DNA of 32,000 bases from an uncultured Chloroflexia bacterium (GCA_963718915.1 CAVRAI010000004.1:930001-962000); one strand, 5' to 3'; positions 17,525 through 26,228 are shown, counted from the stretch's first letter. The notes: generated from the letters alone by a model not told the origin. Made by a program: numbers and translations.

Positions 17525-18637
17525 ATGAGGACGATACGGCGAACGGTCATTGTGCTCGGCTGCATCGGGTTCGTGATCCTCTTTGCGCTGCAATACATCA
17601 CTGCGCTTGCGGCGATGCCACTGATCGCAGTCTTCGGCATTATTGCGGGCATGGTAATCGCCAAGTGGCTGCCTTGGGCATGGTATGGCCGCCAGTTCGC
17701 GGCAGGCGTGCGTGGAGGCGTAGTGGCGTGCGGGCTTGCGGCGGCAGGAATACTTCTCTCGTCGCTCGCTTCTGGACCAAGATCCATCGAGGTGCTGGCC
17801 GAGCGTTCGCATCTCTCGGACATCGGCCTGGCCCAGTTCGTCAACGGTTTTGGTGATCTTGCCTGGTTCATGCCCTATCTGGCGCTCACAGCCCTCTTCG
17901 CAGTCGGCGGTATTCTTCTCGCTGGAGTGGTGGCGCAGTTCTTTGGGTGGAGTAAGAATGTTCGTACGGTGCGTATTATTCGCGAAGCCCATAATTCGGC
18001 CTCGCTCCTACATCGCAGCCAGACCTGGGCTCCTGTGTCGAACAATGTTCCATCGGTAGGTGGCTACTGGAACTCTATCCTCCCCTCCGCCAGTCCGGCA
18101 TCGCGCCCGGGACTGCTGGCAACTGGAACGATGGGAGCTACTGGGCATCATCCTCATCCTCATCCTCATGTTCCCGTATCTGCTGGCGGTTCATCGCGCG
18201 CGCGCGCCATGCAGGATGAACAATTCGATCAAGAGCCAGTTTTTCTTGCTCCCTTATCACCACATAATGTTGATGCGCCTGAACCAATTGCTTCTCTGCC
18301 AACACCAGAGCCGATTCCGCCTCGCCGCTCCGATTCGGGAGCCTATCCAGTGCAATTCGCAATGACAGATGACCTGCGTAATGCGCTGGATCGTTGGGAC
18401 AATGAGCCGGATAATTCTGGCCCCGACCATCCAGAATTAGAGCCTGATGACGTAGCTGACGTAGCTGACGTAGCTGACGTGCCCAGAAAGACGGGGGCCA
18501 CAAAGAAGCCCGCAACCTCGCGCGCGAAGACGCCATCGAAGCGAACACCGAAGGCTTCTGCCTATCTTAACAGTGAGACCCCAGCCGCGCCGCGCCGGAG
18601 CCGCAAGAAGCAGGACACGCGCGACTGGCTTTGCTAG
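17525..18637 (+). CDS. membrane protein with ~190-aa disordered, repeat-bearing C-terminal tail
   Basis: 370 aa. There are about 4-5 hydrophobic segments in the first ~170 aa, then low-complexity sequence with HHPHPHPH, DVADVADVADV and a Lys/Arg/Pro-rich end. No family recognised. Confidence 0.6.
   Translation: MRTIRRTVIVLGCIGFVILFALQYITALAAMPLIAVFGIIAGMVIAKWLPWAWYGRQFAAGVRGGVVACGLAAAGILLSSLASGPRSIEVLAERSHLSDIGLAQFVNGFGDLAWFMPYLALTALFAVGGILLAGVVAQFFGWSKNVRTVRIIREAHNSASLLHRSQTWAPVSNNVPSVGGYWNSILPSASPASRPGLLATGTMGATGHHPHPHPHVPVSAGGSSRARAMQDEQFDQEPVFLAPLSPHNVDAPEPIASLPTPEPIPPRRSDSGAYPVQFAMTDDLRNALDRWDNEPDNSGPDHPELEPDDVADVADVADVPRKTGATKKPATSRAKTPSKRTPKASAYLNSETPAAPRRSRKKQDTRDWLC
18146..18169 (+). 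repeat. hexanucleotide repeat (CATCCT)x3 encoding His-Pro repeats
   Basis: cat cat cct cat cct cat cct cat, read directly, in frame within the 17525..18637 ORF. Confidence 0.85.
18449..18480 (+). repeat. 9-bp tandem repeat GACGTAGCT x3.6 encoding (DVA)n
   Basis: gacgtagct gacgtagct gacgtagct gacgt, read directly, in frame within the 17525..18637 ORF. Confidence 0.85.
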
Positions 18638-18699
18638 CACTCAGACAGCATTCGCCGTGAGGTGAATCCCTGGCAGACATGAATCTCGCGTCGTCATAG

Positions 18700-19464
18700 C
18701 TATGGGGAGAGAGCGGACTCCGGAGCGGCAATAGCCGGAAGGGCGCGCATGCGAACAAGAAAGGTACCGGCTATCAGCAGCCATAGAGCCATCGCGATAA
18801 ACGCCAGGCCCGCGGTAGGAGTTTTGGCCTGGGTTGGTCCGAAGGCGAAGAAGACCGCGGTGGTTGCCTGGAGAGCGGCGCAGAGAACTCCTACCACACC
18901 GAACCAGAGTGGGAATCGTCGCATGCGCACCATGCGCATGCTCACGAGGATCAGGAACACCGTGAGGCAGATGCCGCCTAGCACACGCGAAAGCAATGTT
19001 TCGAGCGCATAGTGACCGGCGTAGTCGAAGGCGATAGCCTGACGGACGTTCTCGGTCTGGGTCTGAACATAGCTGGTGGCTGACGCGGCGCTTGTGAACA
19101 TGCCAATGAAAAGGGCCAGCGCAAACAGGGCGAATCCAATGCGTCCGAGCCAGGCGGCCAGTTGCCCACCCTGGCGCTCTCCGACCCAGAGAATCGAGCG
19201 GAGTGGGCCGGGTAGTCCCAGCGCCAGCAAAAACGGGATGACCTCGACCACACGGAACAGGCGGCTCTCCGATGGATGCGCGGCGGCCCAGGAGAGTAGC
19301 GGGCCAAAGTCCTCATGCGCGACAATCGCATTGACTGCTGAGACATATCCTGTTGGGACAAGTACTAGACTCTGAAAGAGCGGAACACCAAGTAACAGGA
19401 GTATCCCTGCCAGAATCGCATAGCCTCCGCGCAACCGTATCCGCGCCAATTCTTCGCTCAACAT
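18700..19464 (-). CDS. multi-pass membrane protein (DUF4386-like, tentative)
   Basis: The ORF extends to 19539. ATG 19464 (MLSEELARIRLRGGYAILAGILLLLG) is followed immediately by the first TM segment, and there are about 6 hydrophobic segments. The family call is weak. Confidence 0.55.
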   Translation of the reverse strand: MLSEELARIRLRGGYAILAGILLLLGVPLFQSLVLVPTGYVSAVNAIVAHEDFGPLLSWAAAHPSESRLFRVVEVIPFLLALGLPGPLRSILWVGERQGGQLAAWLGRIGFALFALALFIGMFTSAASATSYVQTQTENVRQAIAFDYAGHYALETLLSRVLGGICLTVFLILVSMRMVRMRRFPLWFGVVGVLCAALQATTAVFFAFGPTQAKTPTAGLAFIAMALWLLIAGTFLVRMRALPAIAAPESALSP

Positions 19465-19616
19465 GTGCTCCCATACAAGTCTATTCGAAATGCAGCTATT
19501 TTGTAGACATGGTAACAGATACGTGGGCTGGCAGGGCAACTAATCCTCAGATATAGTCGATATAGCCCGTCTGTCTGGTGCTACGTCGCTGCTACAGAGT
19601 ATCGAGAGGTGTTGTC

Positions 19617-21662
19617 ATGCCGCGTGATCTGCCACTTGCAAATGGTCATCTGCTGGTGAACTTCGATGCCAGCTACAACCTGCGAGACATCTACTGGCCG
19701 CATGTAGGCGAGCGGGGCCACACTCAAGGGCACGTCAACCACACCGGCATCTGGGTGGCAGGCCAGTTCGCCTGGTTCGACGCGCCAGAATGGCAGCGAG
19801 AACTCCTCTATGAACCGAGTACCTTGGTCACGGCGGTAACGATGACACATCCCGTGCTCAACGTCACGATCACTTGCACCGATGTCGTTGATTTTGACCG
19901 AGATATTTTCATGCGCAAGATGAAGGTGGTCAACCTGACCAATCAGGCGCGCGAAGTGCGCCTGTTCTTCCACTACGACTGGCACCTTGGCGAGAGCGAA
20001 GGCGCGAACACCGCTTATTACCGGCCCGACCTCCATATTCTCGGCGCATACAAAGATTCCTGCCACATGATCCTCAACGGCTGTGTTGGCGATGCCGATG
20101 CGGGCGCTCGCCAGGATGCGAATCACGGCAAAGTGGGCGTATATTCCTGGGCTACTGGCTATAAGGAGTTCAATGGACAGCAGGGTACCTGGCGTGACGC
20201 GGAAGACGGATCGCTCGAAGGCAATCCAATCGCACAGGGATCAATTGATAGCTGTATCGGCTTCTCGCTGGATGACATTCCGGCTGGTCAGGAGCGGTAC
20301 TGCTACCACTGGCTGTGCGCGGCGCATAAGTATCAGACAGCATGCAACCTGAACCGTATCGTGATCCAACGCGGGCCTGAGACCTTTATCCAGCGCACGC
20401 GCGACTACTGGCGCCTCTGGGTTGGCAACAAACCGCTTGACGCCTGCAATTTGCCGCAGCCACTCGTTGACCTGTACAGGCGCAGCCTGCTTATCATGCG
20501 CACGCAGATCGACCAGGACGGTGCGATTATCGCCGCGACAGATGGTGATGTGTGGGCTTTCGCGCGCGATAGCTACGCCTATATGTGGCCACGCGATGGC
20601 GCGCTGGTGGCAAACGTGCTCAGCCACGCGGGGTACAGCGACGCCACAGGCGCGTTCTTCCATTTTTGCGCGGAACACATCACCGATGATGGCTACCTGA
20701 TGCACAAGTATACGCCTGATGGTAATCTGGGCAGCAGCTGGCAGCCATGGATGGATAAGCAGGGAAATCTGGCCTTGCCCATACAGGAGGATGAGACGGC
20801 GCTGGTGCTCTATGCGCTCTGGCAACATTACACGCTATTCCATGAGATCGAGTTCATCCGGCCGCTCTATCGCCCGTTGATAACAGCCGCCGCCGACTTT
20901 ATGTGCGCCTTTCGCGATGAGCGCACAGGTCTACCACAATCATCCTGGGATTTATGGGAGGAACGACGCGGTGTTCACGCCTATACGCTCGCAGCGGTCT
21001 ATGGCGGACTGATGGCTGCGTCCCAGTTCACGGCGGCGTTTGGCGAGCATGATCGCTCACAGCGCTATGCCCAGGTCGCCGGGGAAATCAAGGATGCGAC
21101 AAATCGTTATCTCTGGCGCGAGGATGCCGGACGATTCGTGAGGACGCTCTATGTCGAGCCTGATGGTACGATGACGCCTGATATGGTCATCGACGCAAGC
21201 CTGTCGGGGCTGTACCAGTTCGGCATGTTCGATGTGCGGGATGACAGAATCAAGCGGACGATGCAGGCAGTGGAAGAGCGGCTGGTCATCAAATCGGAGG
21301 TCGGCGGTGTCGCGCGCTATGAGAACGACTACTATCATCAGGTGAGCCAAGACATCGCGAATGTTCCTGGTAACCCATGGTTCATCTGCGCCTGCTGGCT
21401 GGCCGAGTACAGAATAGAGAGTGCGACGACCATTGACGAACTCGAAAACGCCCTACCGTGGCTGCAATGGGTGCAGTCGCATGCGCTGCCCAGTGGTGTG
21501 CTTGCCGAACAGATTAACCCGTATACGCATGAACCACTTTCGGTCTCGCCATTGACCTGGAGCCACGCTGAGTATGCCGGAGCTATCCGCTGGTATATTG
21601 GGCGCTATCAGCACCTCACGCGCCTGGCGGCACAGACTGGCGCGCAGCGCGCCGCAAAGTGA
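19617..21662 (+). CDS. glycoside hydrolase family 15 protein (glucoamylase/trehalase-like)
   Basis: GAGAGG lies upstream of ATG 19617. The N-terminus MPRDLPLANGHLLVNFDASYNLRDIYWPHVG and the catalytic-domain motifs YMWPRDGA and WDLWEERRGVHAYT are typical of bacterial GH15. Confidence 0.9.
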   Translation: MPRDLPLANGHLLVNFDASYNLRDIYWPHVGERGHTQGHVNHTGIWVAGQFAWFDAPEWQRELLYEPSTLVTAVTMTHPVLNVTITCTDVVDFDRDIFMRKMKVVNLTNQAREVRLFFHYDWHLGESEGANTAYYRPDLHILGAYKDSCHMILNGCVGDADAGARQDANHGKVGVYSWATGYKEFNGQQGTWRDAEDGSLEGNPIAQGSIDSCIGFSLDDIPAGQERYCYHWLCAAHKYQTACNLNRIVIQRGPETFIQRTRDYWRLWVGNKPLDACNLPQPLVDLYRRSLLIMRTQIDQDGAIIAATDGDVWAFARDSYAYMWPRDGALVANVLSHAGYSDATGAFFHFCAEHITDDGYLMHKYTPDGNLGSSWQPWMDKQGNLALPIQEDETALVLYALWQHYTLFHEIEFIRPLYRPLITAAADFMCAFRDERTGLPQSSWDLWEERRGVHAYTLAAVYGGLMAASQFTAAFGEHDRSQRYAQVAGEIKDATNRYLWREDAGRFVRTLYVEPDGTMTPDMVIDASLSGLYQFGMFDVRDDRIKRTMQAVEERLVIKSEVGGVARYENDYYHQVSQDIANVPGNPWFICACWLAEYRIESATTIDELENALPWLQWVQSHALPSGVLAEQINPYTHEPLSVSPLTWSHAEYAGAIRWYIGRYQHLTRLAAQTGAQRAAK

Positions 21663-21786
21663 CCGTGGCGAGCCAATTCGGGTTATCCTATTGTCCATAC
21701 GGCGCGAGATTGCTTCAATAGAACCCAACGGCGACAGACTGGGCTTCTCAAGGAAGCGTCCCAGGTGGCGCAACTGGAGGTGAAGC

Positions 21787-22251
21787 ATGGCACGCACAAT
21801 TGGACTGGTCGCGGCCTCGAAGCGTCGACGTGGAGGCATTGCCCGCGCGCACGAGCAGTTCGACCCGTCGCCCGTGTTTCGCCGTGCCCGCGACTTCTGT
21901 GATCGCTCATATAGCGAGTGGTATGTTTTGAGTACGGTGTACCTGCTGGCGCTGCCACAGCAGGTGGTCGGGGCCGATGAGCCAGCGCTCTATATGTTGA
22001 GCGCGGCAGAGCGGTTGGCATGGGCTGAGGCGGTCGCCGGACAGTTGCGCGCGCGTGTTGGCCGGAGCGCTGAACCACTCACCTTTGCCCTTTATGGCAG
22101 CCAGATGTATTCCGAGCTTATGATGCGTGTGGCGCCTGATCTCGTGTTCGAGGCGCCCTTGAGCGGCATGTCATTCGTCGAGCGACTGCACTGGTATGAT
22201 GATCGGCTGCGTACCCGGCCACGTGTCCTCGCGACCCCTTCACGCTCGTAG
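21787..22251 (+). CDS. conserved hypothetical protein (DUF6884-like)
   Basis: 154 aa with a GGAGGTG RBS. The pattern IGLVAASKRR...PSPVFRRARDF...WYVLST...LSAAERLAWAEAV...FALYGSQMYSEL...EAPLSGMSFVERLHWY resembles DUF6884 from memory only. Confidence 0.5.
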   Translation: MARTIGLVAASKRRRGGIARAHEQFDPSPVFRRARDFCDRSYSEWYVLSTVYLLALPQQVVGADEPALYMLSAAERLAWAEAVAGQLRARVGRSAEPLTFALYGSQMYSELMMRVAPDLVFEAPLSGMSFVERLHWYDDRLRTRPRVLATPSRS

Positions 22252-22287
22252 CGCCGAGCAACTCCCTCAACAACACGAACTTCTGAG

Positions 22288-22896
22288 TTATTGCGCAGCT
22301 GTTATCTCCCGCTTCGACTCTCGATTAGCCTGCGAAGAAGCATGTCGGGTGACACCCGTGAGAAGCACAGTCACTACCTGCCGTGCCCAGTCTTTCGCCT
22401 GAATCGCACGATCACTGCGGCTCCATTGCATACCCGCGCCAAAGATTGCCCAACTCATGATCGACGCTACGGCATCCGGTGGCATGTCGGCCCACTGGTC
22501 GTGATGAAGCCAGTTGAGAAGATACACATAAAGTTCTTCCTGTACCTTGGCCTCGATTGGTGGATTTAGGTTACTGGCAGATGGAGCGCAGTGCCCATGA
22601 AAATTGCCCATAAAATCGCAGACGGTCACGACCAGAAGAGGGAGCTTGTTGGCCGAAAATGTCGATGAATTTCCTACCCGCTTCTCTACCTCCTCTCGGA
22701 ATGTTTCGCGAACCAGATAATCCATGAGCGCATACTTGTCTTCGAAATGAGCGTAAAAAGTTGCCCGGTTGAGTGTCGCACGCTCAGCAATATCTTGCAC
22801 ACTGATACTCTGGAAGTTCTTCTCTGCCATCAGGGAGACAAGCGCTTCTTGCAATAGCTTACGGGTGCGTTTCACTCGCGGATCAGCCTCGTTCAT
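22288..22896 (-). CDS. TetR/AcrR family transcriptional regulator
   Basis: 202 aa. N-terminal HTH: RTRKLLQEALVSLMAEKNFQSISVQDIAERATLNRATFYAHFEDKY. Confidence 0.9.
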   Translation of the reverse strand: MNEADPRVKRTRKLLQEALVSLMAEKNFQSISVQDIAERATLNRATFYAHFEDKYALMDYLVRETFREEVEKRVGNSSTFSANKLPLLVVTVCDFMGNFHGHCAPSASNLNPPIEAKVQEELYVYLLNWLHHDQWADMPPDAVASIMSWAIFGAGMQWSRSDRAIQAKDWARQVVTVLLTGVTRHASSQANRESKREITAAQ

Positions 22897-23006
22897 GCGT
22901 TACCTCATCCAGAGTAAATCGACATTTTCGCCGCAGTGTTGGTTAGACAACGAAACGCCAGATTTGCGGATTGCTTTCATGAAATGCAGACACTAGTATT
23001 GTACTC

Positions 23007-23034
23007 GACAACAGTTAATTAGACAACAGTTGTC
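23007..23034. promoter_or_regulatory. candidate TetR operator: direct repeat GACAACAGTT x2, the second forming the perfect palindrome GACAAC-A-GTTGTC
   Basis: gacaacagtt at 23007-23016 and gacaacagttgtc at 23022-23034, in the divergent tetR/doxX intergenic region. Confidence 0.45.
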
Positions 23035-23086
23035 GTTAATCGCTTGACAGTAGGCGCGAGGCGCGCCGATATTTTGATCGAGGAGC

Positions 23087-23467
23087 ATGGCATTTATGTC
23101 CGTAGTGTTGTGGATTATTCAGGTGTTATTGTCATTGGCGTTTCTCATGGCAGGGTTCATGAAATTGACGCAGCCGATTGCCACCTTGAACAAGCGTATG
23201 GCGTGGACTGCGGCGGTTTCGCCAGGGTTTGTGCGCTTCATCGGCCTGGCCGAGCTATTGGGTGGGATTGGGCTGATACTGCCCATGATCACTGGCATAC
23301 TTCCCGGACTGACGGTTGCCGCCGCCATAGGCCTGTCCATCGTGATGGTGAGCGCGGCGATATTCCACCTGACGCGGCATGAGGCATCGAATGTACTTGG
23401 CAATGTTGTGCTGCTGATCCTGGCGCTTGTCGTGGTTGTTGGGCGGCTGGTGGTTGTTCCGGTGTAA
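23087..23467 (+). CDS. DoxX-family membrane protein
   Basis: 126 aa with 4 TM segments and LLSLAFLMAGFMKL, typical of DoxX. GAGGAG ends 1 nt before ATG 23087 and 10 nt before ATG 23096, so 23096 may be the true start. Confidence 0.8.
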   Translation: MAFMSVVLWIIQVLLSLAFLMAGFMKLTQPIATLNKRMAWTAAVSPGFVRFIGLAELLGGIGLILPMITGILPGLTVAAAIGLSIVMVSAAIFHLTRHEASNVLGNVVLLILALVVVVGRLVVVPV

Positions 23468-23484
23468 CGATCTCTATCTGGCAG

Positions 23485-23523
23485 GGCAGGCGGCGCCAGA
23501 TCGTCTGCCTTTATTCATTTTTT
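23485..23523 (+). terminator. rho-independent terminator after doxX
   Basis: GGCAGGCG (23485-23492) pairs with CGTCTGCC (23502-23509) at 7/8 positions around a 9-nt loop, followed by TTTATTCATTTTTT. Confidence 0.6.
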
Positions 23524-23568
23524 GTCCGCACGCTCTCCCTCATAAGGCCTATAGCCTAAAAAGGCCCC

Positions 23569-23597
23569 TTGGCAACTCACCCCTAGCCAGTTAGAAT
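23569..23597 (+). promoter_or_regulatory. near-consensus sigma-70 promoter TTGGCA-17-TAGAAT for the ParA-like operon
   Basis: TTGGCA at 23569-23574, a 17-nt spacer, and TAGAAT at 23592-23597. It sits about 55 nt upstream of ATG 23653, which has GAAAGGGA 7 nt upstream. Confidence 0.5.
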
Positions 23598-23652
23598 ACC
23601 TTCGCCTGTGGTTACGGGATGGTTCTCGCGCCACAGCGAAAGGGACATATCC

Positions 23653-24513
23653 ATGCCTGTTGTGACGAGCATCATCAACCTCAAGGGTGGGGTTGGCAAA
23701 ACGACGATAACTCTCGCGTTGGCCCACTTCCTGGCAATCGAGCACCAGAAGCGTGTGCTGGTGATTGATCTTGACCCGCAGACGAACGCGACGGTGAGTC
23801 TGATTCCCGAGCTCGAGTGGAAAGCTCGCGATGAATCAGGTCGCACACTTTTCCAGCTTTTCGCCGATCTGGTCAAAGGCACCAAGCGTTTTCACGCCGA
23901 CGAAGCGATCGTGCGCGACGTCTCGAATATCGGCGGCGGCGTGCCCGGACTTGACCTTCTGCCCTCCAGCCTGGGCCTAATCAAGATTCAGGATCGCGTC
24001 ACCCAGTTGACCGACTTCGAGCATTTTTCACGGGGGCCGATCTACGGCCTGCGTGATGCGCTTGGCGATTTCCTCCCATACTATGACCACGTGCTGATCG
24101 ATTGCCCACCGTCGCTTGGCATAGTCACGCTCAACGGACTGGCCATCTCGAATACATATGTGATTCCCGTCGTGCCCGATATTCTCTCGGTGCTTGGCAT
24201 TCCGCCGATACTCGACCGTATCGATCACTTCGCTTCATCCACGCGGCACAATATCCGTGCGCTTGGCATTGTCATCTCCAAGATTCGTACTCAGACAATT
24301 CTGCACAACGAGATGGTGCAGCGCCTGCGTGATGACTTTCTCGACCGGCGTTTTCCGCTGGTCTTCGATACGATGATCCCCGAATCCACCAGAATCGCAG
24401 AGGCTGCCGATGTAATGGCCCCAGTTCATACGCTCCAGCAGAAGTATGGAGGCGGATCATATGAGTATTTATCGGAATTGACGAGGGAGTATCTGACCCA
24501 TGTCGCGCGGTAA
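23653..24513 (+). CDS. ParA/MinD-family (Soj-like) P-loop ATPase, orphan
   Basis: The ORF opens at GTG 23608, but an RBS precedes ATG 23653. Deviant Walker A with signature Lys (INLKGGVGKTT), VLVIDLDPQTNAT, HVLIDCPPSLG. 286 aa. Confidence 0.9.
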   Translation: MPVVTSIINLKGGVGKTTITLALAHFLAIEHQKRVLVIDLDPQTNATVSLIPELEWKARDESGRTLFQLFADLVKGTKRFHADEAIVRDVSNIGGGVPGLDLLPSSLGLIKIQDRVTQLTDFEHFSRGPIYGLRDALGDFLPYYDHVLIDCPPSLGIVTLNGLAISNTYVIPVVPDILSVLGIPPILDRIDHFASSTRHNIRALGIVISKIRTQTILHNEMVQRLRDDFLDRRFPLVFDTMIPESTRIAEAADVMAPVHTLQQKYGGGSYEYLSELTREYLTHVAR

Positions 24514-24955
24514 GCCGACTCCAGGTCGCGACGATGCCGAGGCTGCCGCCAGGCTGCTACGGGAGTTGGCTGAGCGGGCGGAACGCGATCCCGCCTTCGG
24601 CATTCAGCTTGCCGAGGCTGTACGCTCTAGTGGCCTGCTCGATACCACATCTACCACATCGCCACAGCCATCAGCACCAACACGCAAAAAGCCTGCGAAT
24701 GGCGCAAAACGTCCAACAACTACGGCCGCTGATCTCCCTGACCCGTTCCAAGTGCTACGCAAGCATGGCGAGGACGCCTTGCGCGCCCAGCTAACGCAGT
24801 TGGATATTGCGTCACTACGCCAGATTGTCCGTGCGCATCGGCTCGACCCCGCGCGTATTTCCGCCCGTTGGACCGCAACCGACCGCGTGATAGCTCTGAT
24901 TGTGGATCAGGTGCGTGCGCGGGCCAACCACGGACGCGCCTTCGAGCACATATAA
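24500..24955 (+). CDS. small ParA-coupled protein: basic N-terminal peptide, disordered S/T/P/K linker, helical C-terminal domain (unknown family)
   Basis: 151 aa. ATG 24500 overlaps the ParA-like 3' end by 14 nt, with GAGGGAG 10 nt upstream. Codon usage matches the neighbours. No ParB-type motifs seen. Confidence 0.6.
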   Translation: MSRGKPTPGRDDAEAAARLLRELAERAERDPAFGIQLAEAVRSSGLLDTTSTTSPQPSAPTRKKPANGAKRPTTTAADLPDPFQVLRKHGEDALRAQLTQLDIASLRQIVRAHRLDPARISARWTATDRVIALIVDQVRARANHGRAFEHI

Positions 24956-24959
24956 GCGG

Positions 24960-26228
24960 CTACACCAGCGTTGGGACACGCTCGGCAGGTTCGATAGTGG
25001 CCTTGATGGCAGTCGCAAGAACCGGCACGACCACCGGATCGAGTTCCGTATTCGAGGAAGCCTCTGAGCTACTCTGGCGGTGACGGCGCACCAGGAAGGG
25101 GCGCTCGATGAACTGGTAGGAGAGATACGAGATAAGAAATGCACCAGCAATCGCTATCATCAGCGGCACACCTAAGAAGATTGGGATTGCGCCGTGAATT
25201 ACTGGCAAATGCCACAAGTAGAGACTATACGAGAACAGGCCAGCAACGCGCATAGGCTGTACCTCAAAGAGAAGCCGTACCCGATGGCCACCCCATAGAA
25301 TCGCCAGCACAAGTCCGCCAAACCCCAAGCCCACCAGTAGTGGGTAGCAAATCACATCCGCGCCCCACCGCGTTCCCGGAGTCACCATCAGCCCGGCCAG
25401 CTCGACATGGGGAATCGCCAGCGCCATGCATACACCGGCGCCTGCAAGCATGACCAGACCAAGTTGGCGCAATCGTTCGGTTGAAAGTATATGCCGTTCG
25501 ATTGTGATGACAAACAGCAACGCGCAGAGCATGCCGACCGCAAATACCTCCAGGTATTTTCCCTGCACGCCCATCGTCGCCAGCACGAAAATCCCAGCAG
25601 GTGAACTAGGAAGCGTCGCATTCGCTGGCAACGATGCCATGATAATCGAGTCAGCCGTCCGTAGGGTCAGTGCGCCAGCGATCAATAGACCGATGCCAGT
25701 TGCGATTCGCCATGGGGAGCGGCGACTGCCACCGACCCGTGAGACAATCAGAGCAAGCAGCGGCAGCAGCAGATAGAACTGCGCCTCCACCGCGAGCGTC
25801 CAGAATGGGCCGTCGTAGTCGCGATTGAACTGTGGAAAGGAGTCATGGATGAGGGCAACATGCGCCGCAAAATCGCCGAGGCTAAACGGAACATGTTGCA
25901 CGTAGACCTTGAGCGCGACCATGATCGCCAGACAGACCCAGTAGGCAGGCAGAATGCGTAGCGCGCGGCGACGGTAGAAGCGGCGTGCCGAGGGCAACTG
26001 TTGACCGTCGAGCATAGATCGCGCATAGGGCAGGAAAAGCAGAAAGCCTGATAGCACAAAGAACAGATGGACACCAGTCGAGAGGTAATACCAGCTATTA
26101 TTGATCGCATGGCTCAGCGGCGTATACTCGATTTGCAGAAAGAGCATAACATGGAATAAAACGATGCTCAGCGCTGCCACCGCACGCAGCCCATCGAGCG
26201 CCCGTATCTCCCGCGGACCATTATCCAT
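24960..26228 (-). CDS. acyltransferase-3 (OafA/YrhL-type) membrane O-acyltransferase
   Basis: REIRALDGLRAVAALSIVLFH is the canonical acyltransferase_3 N-terminus, followed by about 10 TM segments. The ORF track begins at TTG 26303, and ATG 26228 is the first ATG. Confidence 0.85.
   Translation of the reverse strand: MDNGPREIRALDGLRAVAALSIVLFHVMLFLQIEYTPLSHAINNSWYYLSTGVHLFFVLSGFLLFLPYARSMLDGQQLPSARRFYRRRALRILPAYWVCLAIMVALKVYVQHVPFSLGDFAAHVALIHDSFPQFNRDYDGPFWTLAVEAQFYLLLPLLALIVSRVGGSRRSPWRIATGIGLLIAGALTLRTADSIIMASLPANATLPSSPAGIFVLATMGVQGKYLEVFAVGMLCALLFVITIERHILSTERLRQLGLVMLAGAGVCMALAIPHVELAGLMVTPGTRWGADVICYPLLVGLGFGGLVLAILWGGHRVRLLFEVQPMRVAGLFSYSLYLWHLPVIHGAIPIFLGVPLMIAIAGAFLISYLSYQFIERPFLVRRHRQSSSEASSNTELDPVVVPVLATAIKATIEPAERVPTLV

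Noticed and set aside
23044-23073. TTGACA-18-GATATT as the doxX promoter
   Set aside because: The implied transcription start (about 23080) would fall on the GAGGAG RBS itself. The hexamers may be real, but I cannot support the assignment.
23653-24513. Interpretation of the ParA-like gene as the canonical chromosomal soj/parA
   Set aside because: There is no parB downstream. The partner has no ParB motifs. There is no rsmG/gidB, dnaA or oriC-type context, and no parS-like palindrome was seen. I therefore treat it as an orphan ParA-type module.
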